Shown: in pieces, positions 35,597 through 48,619 of the stretch | Position numbering within the stretch: the stretch's first letter is position 1 | Layout of the letters: each line of letters opens with the position of its first letter | Source of the DNA: Felis catus | Lineage: Eukaryota | Assembly: GCF_018350175.1 (NCBI RefSeq) | Contig: NC_058368.1 | Location: 222,892,001-222,956,000 of the forward strand | Reading direction: 5' to 3' | DNA: 64,000 nt | The notes under the pieces: model-generated | Told to the model about the DNA's origin: nothing | Database searches by the model: none | Seen by the model: only the letters and a program-made list of their open reading frames with translations | Position numbers and translations under genes: made by a program

Positions 35597-37490
35597 GAAC
35601 CTCTGATGATTCAATAAGCATATTAGTAAATTGCTCAAGATATCAATATCATTATTGGCAATATCCACTATTTCATTGAATATTGATGGTTTAGTTGTGG
35701 CATTTAAGCTTCAGGATTGATTGTATCTGTAATTAGGATTAAGTCTTGTAAACAGTCCAGGCAAACTATCAAATTAAAATAACATTGAGACTTTTATAAA
35801 GCATTATTTTAATTGTTTGCATTTTAAGTATTTTTGCATTGCTATTAATTCTTTTTTTAAATGAATATTTAGATTAAGAAAGAAATATATTTTACTGACT
35901 TACTTTTGACTCAGTAGAATTACTATACAATTGTTCAACATGATGGTATATGTTTGTTTCCTCAGGCAGTAGTAGAACAATGACAGAACTCACATCCAGT
36001 GAAAATTATAAAGGCCAGTTCTCCAGCATATGGACAAGCAGATGGATAGTTTTTGATCCCAATAGAGACATGAAAAATATCCAGGAAAAAATGTTAACCT
36101 TCACAGTAAAACAGGGATTAATTTCAAATCCAACTGGTATATATTTGCAAAATAACTGAGAGAATTAGAGGATGTAACTAAGGGAATAAGGGGTGCTTGT
36201 AACTCTTAAAAATATTTATTTGGGAAAAAAATTCTAGATAATTAAATTTTTTTATCATAAAGATCAAGTCTTTATATTATGCAATTCATAGAACAGGAAA
36301 ACAAATATATGGATGCATTCTCTTCTTTAAGATCACTTTTTTTTCTCAGTAACAGAGTTTTCATATATAATGTTCTATTGTCTTTGAATAGTCAGGGAAA
36401 AAATGTGAATATTGCTTAAATGTGACATAGAGGAGAAATTTAGTGAAAGATGGCTATATTGCCTTTCCATGTCCTTCTGTTAGCCTCACACAAGAATGGA
36501 AAATTGGATTAAAAAGTGAGCGCTGCAAACATTTCTAGTGTATTTCTCTACATAATCGCGTAAGATTTGTCTTATTTTCCCAGCCTTGAAGTTCATTATC
36601 TCAATTACCTTATCTCTCTGCTGAAAACTGAGAGTCACTTTGACCGAAATATTTTCGAATTATAATAAGTTTCAAGAACTGGGGAAATTTCCATGGCGAA
36701 CATGTGGAACTGATTTTGTGTACCTACACCATCCTCTTTGAATGGTGCAATTTTAATGCATGGCTTCATTTCTGCTCAGTAGTAGATGGAATTTTGCTGT
36801 TATAGATCATGGAAACTGAGAAAAAAAATAAAAAAAAAATAAAAAAGGCGAAGAAAGTTACTGGTTGTGCTCTTCTCCCAAGAAGAAAATGGAATCAATG
36901 CAGTGTTCTCTGTTAAGGAAGGAACATGTAATTCTGGAGATGAAGTAACTGTGGATCATTATGCTCCATGATGCCTTGTTACCATTTCTGTGGCATCTTA
37001 TAACATAACAAGAGAACTGACATTGTATCACATTAAACATTGTTCATGCAGAACACACATATCCACAATTAAACTAGATAATCCATTCACTCCTTTTATT
37101 AACTTTTAAATAAAAATATTTAGTATCTACAAATGAATGCTTTTCAAAGTGTAATAATTCACTGGCCCAGCTGAACCCCTCTAGATTCCTCTCTGATTTC
37201 ATTTCCCTTACTCTTCCTCTGAGTAATCACTATGCTGAATTTTTTGTCAATAAGAAATAGTGACTTCCTCTCCTAAGAGGTGCCTGATGAATAATTCTGT
37301 CATTTAAAAAATCAGATTGTTGGGTTTTGATAATGATTTAAAATCTTGGTCTTTTTCGTGAATTTAACTTGACCCATTATAAGCTATTTGTGTTGGAAAT
37401 ACCATCTCTGATATATAATTTATGTTCACATACTTAATAACATATTTTGCTAAGCAAATTTTTAACTTTATAGTAAACTCTATCTATGCT

Positions 37491-37738
37491 GGGGTGCTTG
37501 GATGGCTCAGTCAGTTAAGCATCTGACTTTGACTCAAGTCATGATCTCCCAGGTCATGGGTTTGAGCCCCACATGGGACTCAGCTGACATCTCAGAGCCT
37601 GAAGCCTGCTATGGATTCTGTATGTGTGTGTGTCTCTCTCTGTCCCTCCCCGTCTTGTGCTCTCTCTCTCTCAATACATACATACATACATACATACATA
37701 CATACATACATAAAATAGCAAACAAACATTTTTAAAAA
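37491..37738 (+). mobile_element. CanSINE with (TACA)n tail
   Basis: ggggtgcttggatggctcagtcagttaagc head. Confidence 0.93.
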
Positions 37739-37844
37739 TCTATGAATTTCTTTACATTTGGGGGAAGTTGTAATATACATGAAAATTTTACCTATTTTGA
37801 AAGCATAAATATATTCCTATAATTTGTTTTTACCAAGTTTTCTT

Positions 37845-38455
37845 ATTTATTTTAATTTTAAAATAATATAATTAACATCCAATTTTATATTAGTTTCAGG
37901 TGTACAATATAATGATTCAAGAATTCTATTCCTTTCTCACTACTCAAGATAACTGTACTCTTGAAACCTTATCTATTTCACCTCACCCCACCCATTTCCC
38001 ATTTAGCAACCACCAGTTTGTTCTCTGTATTTAAGAATTGTTTTGTGTACGTGCTTGTCTCATTTTCTTTGCTAATTTGTTTCCTTTTTAAAATTCTACA
38101 TATGAGTAAAATTTCATGTCCTTTCTTTCTCTGATTGACATATTTCACTTTGCATCAATACCCTCTATGCCAATCCATGATGTTGCAAATGACAAAATCT
38201 CACTCTTTTCATGGCTGAGTAATATTCCTCCATATTCTTTTATCCAATTATCTGTATATGGAAACTTAGGTTTCCTCCATATCTGGGCTATAAATAACAC
38301 TGCAAAAATTATAGGCATATCTTCTTGATTTAGTGCTTTCATTTTTTTCTGGGTAAATACCCAGTAGTGAAATTACTGGACCATATAGTAATTCTATTTT
38401 TAATTTTTTGAGGAAGCTTCATACTGTGTGCCTACCCAGTGTCTGCACCTGTTTC
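37845..38455 (-). mobile_element. Carnivore-type L1 3' end (L1_Carn-like)
   Basis: tatattagtttcaggtgtacaatataatgattcaa, caaccaccagtttgttctctgtatttaaga and gggtaaatacccagtagtgaaattactgga. Confidence 0.9.
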
Positions 38456-38499
38456 CTACTACTATTTAAAAAATTGTTAATATATTCACCTATTTTGTT

Positions 38500-39190
38500 T
38501 TCCACAGTTGTCCTTTAAGAGTACATGATTTCATCCACCTAGAATTACAGACTTTCTGCTGTATTATACAAGAATATGTTTATTTTTTTTCTTGTATGTT
38601 TAACCAATTAGCCAAACAATATTTATGGAAAAGTTCATCTTGTTTTGCTAATATTATTCCTGTCATCAGGTATTCAGATATGCTTCATTTTTGTTCTTGG
38701 TTCCCTGTTTTGTTGGTCTACTTGTCTTTCTTGATGTCAGTGCTGCGTTGAAATAACTATTGTAATGCTAAAATTATCTTTGTTGTCTAGAAGAAATTTG
38801 ACCTACTTAACACTCTTGTTGAGATGTGTTTTGACTATATTTGAATCCTTGCATACCTGTACACATTTCAAAAGTGGCTTGTCAAATTGCTGAAGTGATT
38901 TTGGATTTTGTTGAAGCTATTGCTGAATTTTGGGGAGAGATATCTTTACAAAACTCAATCTTTTCTTTTTTCAAGGATGGGGAGATAGAAAACCTTATAT
39001 ATAGGGAAGTACAAATTTAATTCTGTCATTTTTCTTTCTTGTTACTCGAAACATCATGGCTAAATTTGGTTAACATCAAGAAAACCTTTCTTCTTTTGTC
39101 CTAAAAACTCTCTGTGGTATAAATATAGCAACACATCAGGTTATTTTTGGTCAATATTTGCTTTATGTTTGATCTTTTCTCAGTCTTAAG
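38500..39190 (-). mobile_element. Very old L1M fragments
   Basis: Degenerate antisense L1-like motifs such as tggcttgtcaaattgc...ggattttgttga. Confidence 0.5.
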
Positions 39191-39199
39191 TGACTCTTC

Positions 39200-39426
39200 T
39201 TTTTTTTTTTAATGTTTGCTTATTTTTGAAAGAAAGAAAGTGCGAGTGCATACGCCCACATGCATGAGCAGGAGAGAGGCAGAGAGAGAGAGAGGGAGAC
39301 AGAAAATTTCAAGCAGACTCTGTGCTGACAGTAGACAGCTTGATGAAGGGCTTGAACCCATGACCCCCAAAATCATGACCTGAGACAAAGTTGGATGCTT
39401 AAAAGACTGAGCCACCCAGGCACCCC
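39200..39426 (-). mobile_element. CanSINE
   Basis: TSD taagtga(c/t)tcttct; reverse head gagccacccaggcacccc. Confidence 0.95.
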
Positions 39427-39679
39427 TAAGTGATTCTTCTAAACAGTTTTCAACTAACTTTTTAAATCCTATATGATAATTTTTGAAATTTAGCTAAATA
39501 ATTACTTCTACTTGTTTGATGATAAATTATGTACAATATTTGATATTGGATTTGACAAAAAGATCACAGCTAATATTGTAAATTTGGACATATTTATTGT
39601 TATAAATTCTCATTAGAAATTGTCTTTTTTTCCTCTATTTCCTGGCAGTGTTTTAGGAGCAGGAGTTCTTATATTTCTT

Positions 39680-39880
39680 CTTTTTTTTTAAGTTTTATTT
39701 ATTTTAAGACAGAGAGAGTTCATGCGTGCGGGGGAGGGGCACAGAGAGAGGGAGAGAGAGAATCCCAAGCAGGCTCCTCACTTTCAGTGCAGAGCCCCAC
39801 CCCCTCACGAATCATGAGATCATAACTTGAGCTGAAATCAAGAGTCAGATGTTTAACCCACTGAGCCACCCAGGTTCCCC
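39680..39880 (-). mobile_element. CanSINE (older type)
   Basis: gaaatcaagagtcagatgtttaac...caggttcccc. Confidence 0.94.
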
Positions 39881-39898
39881 AGGAGTCATTAGATTTCT

Positions 39899-40118
39899 TT
39901 TTTTTTTTAAACATTTTCATTTATTTTTGAGAGACAGAGAGAGACAGAGCACCAACAGGGGAGGGGCAGAGGGAGAGGAAGACACAGAATCTGAAGCAGT
40001 CTCCATGCTCCGACCTATTAGCATAGAGCCTGACGGGGGGGGCTCGAACCCACGAACCATGAGATCATGACCTGAGCTGAAGTCAGCTGCTTAACTGACT
40101 GAGCCACCCAGGTGCCCC
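39899..40118 (-). mobile_element. CanSINE, tandem with the previous copy
   Basis: gagatcatgacctgagctgaagtc...caggtgcccc. Confidence 0.95.
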
Positions 40119-40182
40119 AAGTCGTCATATTTCTAATTCAACATTATTCTGAAATTGCAACCTTTATATCTCAGGTTTTCTG

Positions 40183-40183
<1 letters not shown>

Positions 40184-40223
<40 letters not shown>
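40184..40223. repeat. (TG)n microsatellite
   Basis: Visible run. Confidence 0.96.
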
Positions 40224-40227
<4 letters not shown>

Positions 40228-41489
40228 ATTTATGTTATTGTTTTGTTATCTATTTGTTTCTTATTGGGTTTCTCCTCATGAGACTTAATCGGCATGTGTT
40301 CACACATATTAATGTGCTGTTATACTGGGATCAGCAAATGCCTCCTGGATTCCTATGTGGTTCACCCTCTAGTCTGAGTATTTCATAACTTGGTATCAGC
40401 TCATGGGTTCATTTTCTATTTTATGCTAATATTCTCCCCAGCATTTGAATTGCTTTGTGTGGGAATCCAGCTGGCCACATTTTGGAAAAAGAATTCTATT
40501 TCTGTATGCAATTATGCTTAGTACATATCGCCAATAGAGCAGCCATTGTAGCTTTTGTGGTAAAACATAAAAATTAATTCCCAGTTGAATTACATTAAAA
40601 ATCAAATACTTGAAGAATACTTGAGGACAATATCTTTTTCTCACTACTTTTCCTACTTACTTGCATTTCATTTAACATTAAATATTAACGTAAAAAATTT
40701 GGTGAAAATATTTTCCTAGTTTTAGAAATAATTACATATATGTTTCTAGATCTCACAAATAAGATCACTGATATTGCTTATGCAGTACTAACAACAGTAT
40801 TGTTTGGATGAAATAGCTTATGTAATGTAATTAATATTGCCCTCTTATTCAATTTATTCCAAAGTTTTTGTAATGATTTTAAGCATTAATTTTAAACTAT
40901 TGTTTTTTTTTTCCTTTATTTACCTTAAACGATTTCAATTTCATTTAAAATATTGTAGGTTGGGCTAATCCTGCCATTGAAGCAGGATTTTTGCAGTTAG
41001 CTTTGAAGGGACGTATGAAATCAAAATCTTGTTTGTACTATCCAAGTGATATCAAGTTCCAGCAGAGAGGCAAATGCAGTTTCTTTCATATTGTAAAATA
41101 TGTACTGTACGTCTAATGACTGATGCCTTTCACAATTGAACTCATTTAATTTAATGTTCAGGTAGATTAAAATCACATTCATAACTATGTTATTTTCCTC
41201 TTTCATACTTTTTCATCAAGTGATAAACATATCTACTCACTGTCAATTACCACAAGGCAATACCCCTTAAAGTCTTAAAATTGAAGTCCCAATTTTGTTT
41301 ATATGACTTATATAAGTAAATATTTGATATTTTAGGAATAAAAAAACTGAGATATTTTTAAAAATTGTTTTTTTAAATTAACGATAAATCTAGCATCATT
41401 TTACTTCTTTTTAAATTTAATGTTTAGCTTAATACAAGGCAAATGGATTATTTTATCTGCTTCCTCACTCAATCTATTATGATATGCTG

Positions 41490-42237
41490 CTTAGTCGAAG
41501 TGTAGGATAAAACAAGACAAAACAAAAACAAGGCAAACAAAAGAAAAACTTGACCTCACTTAGATATGTGATTGAGAAAGGCAGCATTTTAATGTTTTGT
41601 TTTGTTTTGTTTCAGGTAATTGTGACTTTTTTGATATTACACCAAAACTCAACAATTCAAAAATACTTCACCTGTGGATGGTTTTATAACATTATGCTTT
41701 GGCCATTTGAGAAATATTGCTTTGATGAGATATACAGAACTTTCAAATATTGACAAATTTCATTATTAAAAAATGCAAATTTGCCAATATTATGAATAAT
41801 CTTCTCAGAGAAGTCTTTAAGATTTGGCATCGTGTCAAAATCATGGAAATACACACAAGCTTTCCAAAATTTTCATTGTTGCTTAAAATAATGAATCCTG
41901 GCCAAAAACATTATTACTTCTTTTCTTTGAGGTAGCAGCTCCCTTTGTTTACATTCAAGGAAATGTCTAGAAATGACCAAATCTAAGTAGCTACATTTGG
42001 CTGTTACTATGTCAAGCAAAAATGGTATTCCATGAAAAAACAAACAAACAAAAACAGAAAACAAACTAAAAACACCTAGTTTAGCTCACAACTAAAAACT
42101 CAAGCAACCACACTTACACTTTCCTATGGATGATCATTATACTTCAAACCACAGCACAAGTATTTCATGTGTGTTTACTATTTCTTCACATAGAATATAA
42201 AAATTATATATACATACACACACACACAAGGGCACAC

Positions 42238-42280
<43 letters not shown>

Positions 42281-42649
42281 TCCATTTATATATATATAAT
42301 ATATATATATATTCTTTTTTAAAGAGAAACTAAACATTTTTTTTCCTTCTCTACCTGCCATTTGCCCTCTCTTTTTTCCTTCTTCTTTTTCTCTTCTAAC
42401 TTTTTTTTCTGTTTTTCATGCAACTACATAGAGTTAAAGAATGTCACAAGTTTTAGTACAGTTGAGAGGCATTTTCTTGATTTATGTTTAGGATACAGCA
42501 TTTTTACCTATAATTTTTTTCCCATCATCAACACAGTAAAAACAGTATATATAACATTTAATTACTATGGAAATAGTTTAAACCTCACACATCTGATGGG
42601 GTCTCAGGGATCACCAGGGGTCTAAGAACCACACTTTCAGAAGTACAGC
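41490..42649 (-). mobile_element. Charlie1/Charlie1a hAT DNA transposon fragment with decayed transposase
   Basis: gatattacaccaaaactcaacaa, aaaaatggtattccatgaaaaaa (minus strand FFMEYHF) and terminal gggtctcagggatcaccaggggtctaagaaccacacttt. Confidence 0.85.
42240..42312. repeat. (TA)n microsatellite inside Charlie1
   Basis: Visible interrupted run. Confidence 0.93.
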
Positions 42650-43602
42650 TTTAGTGCAATTTTTTCTGTCACATTTTTAGTACCTTAGATATTATGCGAA
42701 TATATCATAGGGAAAAACAACATAAAATCTAACATAACTTAGATAGACATTTTAATGAATAATATTATACATAACATAATTATGGCTCTTAGTTATTATG
42801 TTCCTTCCAACATTGTGAAAACACATTGAAGGGGACTGCTTTAGTTATTGCTCCGTGAGCCCTCTTTGCCAGGGTTACTAAATCATTGTCATTTAAGAAC
42901 ATAATTAGCACATCTCATTAGCTAATGAAGATAATGACCATTAAAATTCTTTTCCAATTTATGGTTTCCCCTTTATCACAATTTAACAACAATGTCGTTT
43001 CAGGGTAGTAACAAAATTGGCTTACAAATGACCCTTATACTAATGAACGAGCAGCACCTTGTATCAAGGAGCAAAGGATTATTTATACATTGCACTCCTA
43101 ATTATATTATGTAGTGGACTCAGATTGCTGATGACTTTCCAATGTGATTCGTTCAAAATGTTGTGTTTTATCATTGTCATGTTGGGAGGTACAAACCCAA
43201 GAGCACAGAATATGACTGTTTTTCTTTAGAAAACTCTATTTATGGAATATAGTTCATTTCTACATTAAAGTAAAGGATGAATTATAATGATCAATGCTTA
43301 TGGACTATAAAGGCATTTCTAAGTAAATTGCCCTTATTTTTATATAGAGAATGCTCTATTTGTTCAACTCATTTTGTTTTTCTGAAAAAAAAAATGTTTT
43401 TCCTATTTTAAATGTGAAGAGCACATTTAAAAATATCTTAAATTGAAAACAGTGTTCTATTGTTAATTATTAACATCCTCAAAAGGATAATCCAGATGGG
43501 ATAAAATCTTTTGGAGTTGTTGAAATAAATGCATTTACATTTAACAATATAAGTCAAAAAGCTGGATTAGAAATGTACTGATTCCTAATATCACTTTGAG
43601 GG

Positions 43603-43722
43603 TAGTTTTATCAGTTTTCTATTGCCATGAGCAAATTACCACGAACAAAGTGTGTTAAAACATCTATTTGTTATCTCATAGTTTCTCTAAATCAGGGGTC
43701 CAGGTCTGGGTTAGCTGGCTTT
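43603..43722 (-). mobile_element. MLT1 LTR 3'-end fragment
   Basis: tcagttttctattgcc...aaattaccac...ttatctcatagtttct...tcaggggtccagg. Confidence 0.7.
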
Positions 43723-43749
43723 CACAAGAAGGAAAATGAATTAGTTGGG

Positions 43750-44017
43750 GCTATGGTATGGTCATGATGGATGCATGTCAAACAGTAGTCCAAACCCATA
43801 GAATATAGAATGCCAAGGGTGAGCTGTATGTAAATTATGGGCTTTGAGTGATTGTAATGTGCCAATGTAGGTTCATAAATTTCAACAAATGTACCACTTT
43901 GGTGGGAGATGTCGATAACGGGGCTATGAATGTGTGTGGATACGTGATATATGGGAAATCTCCACCTTCCCTTTGGTGTTGCTGTGAACCCGAAACTTCT
44001 CTAAAACAATAGAATTT
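43750..44017 (+). mobile_element. L1MC1/2-like 3' end
   Basis: gtccaaacccatagaat...caatgtaggttcat...aacaaatgtaccact...tatatgggaaatctc...ttgctgtgaacc. Confidence 0.88.
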
Positions 44018-45067
44018 GACAAAATTGTATCAAAGGAGTAGGGAGAGCTAAGAAATGCAAATGAATCCTTACTGAAATTGTCACTTAAAAGAACTGTTGC
44101 ATTTAATATATTAGGTACATAGAAATAGCTGAAACAGAGACAAGACAGTATGATTTAATTAGAAAGTGAAATATATTTTAATAGGGGGAAAATATAATAA
44201 CTCCTTTCCAAAAGGTATTTAAATGACATTTTCCCTTAAATGTGAATAAATGTATGTGGCACAGAAGATGGGGTTTTATTCATTGGTGAAATCTCCTGGT
44301 TGATGCAGTAGTTTGCAATATGCTAAAAACATTTATAAATCCATACTGTTTTGCCAGATTTTAAGCAGTTAAATTGGGGGGAGGGGGGGGCTGGGGGCAG
44401 TGTGACAATTAGAGCCAGTATTTGCATTAGGCCATACACATGAAAGAGAGAGCTGCTTTTTCTTTGCTAGCAATGGAGCTGAGATGAACTGATCAGTCAT
44501 ATGCTTTGGGCCTCATTTCCAATAGGGCTATGTTAACTTTAGCAAAACATGTAAGTTCGACATAAATAGGTCCCTTTGTGCCCACATATGAGTTTCCCTC
44601 TAGTAGAATACTCTAATGCAATTCTTAAAAACTGTTCCTTGGAAATTCTTGTTGATCCTGAACACAAATCATGCACGCATGAGTTACGGTGTCTCCATAC
44701 ATCCTGCACTGTTAATGAGTGATTCTAGTCCCTGGTAACAAGGCACCTGAACATTGTATCATAACTAGTTCCTAAAACCAAACTTAGAAATCAATCTCAT
44801 TGGGTTCCACTTACTCTAATTTTAAGAGAAGCCGTATTGAAAAGATCGGAGTTCCAAAGTATAATCATGAGAATATTCGAGTAGTTCGCCTAGGGAGAGT
44901 GAAGCCTCTAAGCAGTACATATTCTAAAGGACTTTGGGACTTTTTGCTTTGATAGATCCATAGATCTTGATACAAATAATTCATAATCCCTTCCAGTCTT
45001 TTCTTTTTTAGCACTTTTGATGATCTAACATACAATACATATTTACTTAGTTCTGCATATATTTTAC

Positions 45068-45178
45068 TCTCCATGAGGGCAGATGACTGGCTCCTTGGTT
45101 CCCTGCTGTCTCCCCAATATGAATAATAGAGTTTGGTACCTAATAGGTACTCAGTAAATCACTGGTGAATGAATAATC
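45068..45178 (+). mobile_element. L2 3' terminal fragment
   Basis: ctccatgagggcag...taggtactcagtaaat...tgaatgaat. Confidence 0.75.
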
Positions 45179-45322
45179 TATTCCTGTTAACTTATTCCTA
45201 AAGTATTTGAGGATTCTGTTTGATTTTCTAAATGTCATTTTGATCAATTTTAGAAAGTAGAGATCACAGCAAACCACATTGTCACTTACCTACTTTGTTA
45301 AGGCAATTTTAGCTAACTATAA

Positions 45323-45529
45323 GAAAAAAATGTTTATTTGTTTATTTTTTGAGAGAGAGAGAGAGAGAGAGAGCGAGCAGGGGACAGGCAGAGAGAGAAG
45401 GGGACAGAGCATCTGAAGTGGGCTCTACACTGTCAGCACAGAGCCAGATGGGGGGCTTGCACTCATGACCCTTGAGATTATGACCTGAGCCAAAGGAGGA
45501 GGCTTAATCAACTCAGCCACCCAGTGTCC
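45323..45529 (-). mobile_element. CanSINE
   Basis: T tail, (GA)n, reverse head cagccacccagtgtcc. Confidence 0.92.
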
Positions 45530-45568
45530 TATTTTTTTAAATTAAAAAAAAATGTTTTAGAGAGTTGA

Positions 45569-45794
45569 GGGAGCCCTGGTTGGCTCATTCAGTTAAGTGT
45601 CCAACTTTGGCTCAGGTCATGATCTCATAGTTCATGAGTTTGACCACAGCATTAGACTCTGTGCTGACAGCTCAAAGCCTGAGACTGCTTCAGATTCTGG
45701 GCCTCTCTCTCTCTCTCTCTCTTTCTGCCCATCCACCCTCATGCTCTGACTCTCTCTCTCAAAAATAAATAAACTTTAAAAAATTAAAAAAAAT
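45569..45794 (+). mobile_element. CanSINE
   Basis: TSD aatgttttagagagttga / aatattttacagagttga. Confidence 0.93.
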
Positions 45795-46534
45795 AATATT
45801 TTACAGAGTTGAGATTCTAATAGGGATCTCTGTCTCAAAAGGCTATGCCCTAAAAGAGTAAATTAATTAATTAATTAATTAATTTAATTTTAAAAATCTG
45901 GCAATTTAAGCCCCTCAATATTTATCTTTTCAAAAAGTGCATCTTTCCCCATGATGTTTTCATGAGTTGGATTCTTGATTGGTATGGAAAAATGTGTAAT
46001 AATTATGCTTTGTATTATAACTATGCATGACTTATAGGATATGAATATTGAATAGTTTTTCATTTTTTTTTCTTTCAGGACACAATCACAGTAGTATATA
46101 AGAAAATATATCACCAAACAGTCATGAAGTGACTTATAAGGTAAATTTTTTGTATTATTTCGTTATATAAAAATGTTATAGAAATGTCAAAATTGTTGTC
46201 ATATTGTTTCTCTTAAAAAACGTTATAGCTATCCTGATGTATTCAGAGCGTTGACTTAGCAATTCTCTTCTTTGTTTTAAAAATCTCTCTTTAAAACAAA
46301 TTATTGTCTATCTCCTATTTTCTCTAAGGAATTTTGGAACTCTTTCTCATAGGCACACATTTCAAATATCCTAGAACCAGCAAAGGTGCATTGACATTTG
46401 GCTGGCTTTTGTTAAGTGTTTTTCTAAATTTTCTTTTAAGAAGGTGAAAGCTCAGAAAAGAGTTCTCAATGAATATATGGCTAGGTTTCCATATTTTAAG
46501 AAACTATTTAAAAACCTATTTTTAAATATAATTT

Positions 46535-46755
46535 GGGGGGCACCTGGGTGGCTCAGTCAGTTGAGCGTCTGACTTCGTCTCAGGTCATCATCTCACAGTT
46601 TGTGAGTTCGAGCCCCACATCGGGCTCTGTGCGGACAGCTTGGAGCCTGGAGCCTGCTTCGGATTCTGTATCTCCTCCTCTCTCTGCCCCTCCCCTGCTC
46701 ATGCTCTATCTCTCTCTGCCTCTCAATAATAAATAAACAGAAAAAAATTTTTTAA
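46535..46755 (+). mobile_element. CanSINE
   Basis: ggggggcacctgggtggctcagtc head, gagttcgagcccc B box. Confidence 0.96.
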
Positions 46756-47708
46756 TAATGTAATTTTGTATGTGGGTGTGCTTGAAATATATACACGTAG
46801 AGAAGTCAGATTGTTTCATTAATTGTTTGGGCTTGTCACCAGATGCAGATCTCTTTCCCAATGAACTCTTAATTTGTGTTTTATGACATCTTTAAATGTC
46901 AGAGTCTTGAGATTTGACTGTTTCTGGCTATACCATCATTCATCTGTGTTTGTTTGATAGATAAGGTTTACAATGATAACTCTATTCGAATAATAAGTAA
47001 CAGGTATAGATACTGGAAAATTTCATAAATAGTAGATAAAACTACACCTTCTACAATTTTGGTGACTGACTAATGAATGGCATCTGATCTAAAACTGCCT
47101 TGCATTATGAGGAACTCCTTCTTGAATAGTTAAATTTCTTATGAAAAGATGAAATGTTAGTATACAAGGTATGAAATAAAAAGTAGTATACTAGTTTATT
47201 TTGCATAAAGTACAGTTCATCACACACATTCTGTACAACTGCCTGGCTTCTTTGGTAAGTGCGCATGTCTCTTTCAATCCTGCTCTTTTATATTAATAGA
47301 AAGGTTTAAAAATGCTGATCTATTAGAACACTCAATGCTTTCAGTCATATTCTATTGTTTTATGTGACATACTTGCTATTTTAGAAAGAGAACTCTAAAT
47401 ACAGATCTAATCTTGTGTTAATATATTGAAAACAAAAACAAACAAAATCGAAAGCAGATTGTGTTCCACTCAAATCAAACGAGGACATAGGGTAACACAG
47501 TTTGCAAGTGTTAGATACCTTCTGCCTCATCCCCACCTCCTGATGTGCCCTGAATACCCTTTAAGGACTCTAAACCCTTGATCATGTTGGAAACTCTTGC
47601 CAAGGGTGAGATTTCCTATCACGTAGATTCGGAATTTATTTGTATTGCATGCAACTTTGTTCTTGAAAATGTCTTTTTGGATGCAAAACCATGTGGGACT
47701 AAAACAAA

Positions 47709-47710
<2 letters not shown>

Positions 47711-47743
<33 letters not shown>
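47711..47743. repeat. (CA)n microsatellite
   Basis: Visible run. Confidence 0.96.
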
Positions 47744-47747
<4 letters not shown>

Positions 47748-48056
47748 AGATATAGAAACAATATTTGAAAGGCTTTGTGGCATACACAGCTTAATTAATT
47801 TAATAATAAATAAGTTACTTTATTCTAACTAAATAAGACTACTTATCATCATGAGCATATTCATCATTTCAGGAAAAACAGTGGGTTAGTGTGAGTGGGT
47901 GTGTTTGTGTGCAAAAGTTTATATCAATTTTCATTCCCCAGGATGTAATTAAACATAAATACCTTTGAAAATTGAAATATGAATACATAATTTATTATTA
48001 AATTGGTTATCGTATTTATATTTTACAGTACCATCCTTAAAATTGTAGGTACTTGC

Positions 48057-48272
48057 GGGGCGCCTGGGTGGCTTCTTCGGTTAATCGCCAACTTTGGCTC
48101 AGGTCATGATCACAGGGCCCGTGAGTTTCAGGCCTAAATCGAGCTCTGTGCTGACAGCTCAGAGCCTGGAGCCTGCTTCAGATTCTGTGTTTCCCTTTCT
48201 CTCTGTTCCTTCCCCACTCGTGCTCTGTCTCTCTGTCTCTCAAAAATAAATACACAGTAAAAAATTAAAAAA
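48057..48272 (+). mobile_element. CanSINE
   Basis: TSD aaaattgtaggtacttg on both sides. Confidence 0.96.
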
Positions 48273-48405
48273 AAATTGTAGGTACTTGTGAATCACTGAA
48301 TCATTTGTGTTGCATGTGACAGCTAAAATCCCTAGCACACTTTAGGGAAGCCTTATGTGACAGCCAGTAGGATCTCTCAAATTTTATCATCTTATAAGAT
48401 AATGC

Positions 48406-48619
48406 TTTTTTTTTTTCTCTGAAGTTTATTTATTTATTTTGAGAGAGAGAGAGCAAGCAGGGGACAGGCAAAGAGAGAGGGAGGGAGAGGGAATCAAAGC
48501 AAGTTCCACACCTTCAGCACAGAGCCCAAAATAGGGCTCAAACTCACGAACCATGAGGTCATGACCCAGACCAAAGTCAAGATTCAGAGGCTTAACCAAT
48601 TGAGTCACCCAGGGGCCCC
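48406..48619 (-). mobile_element. CanSINE (older type)
   Basis: Reverse head gtcacccaggggcccc, T tail. Confidence 0.92.

Noticed and set aside
35950..36159. ORF preceded by a good acceptor (tgtttgtttcctcAG)
   Set aside because: Downstream sequence resembles a very old sense L1 ORF2 remnant, and no good donor follows
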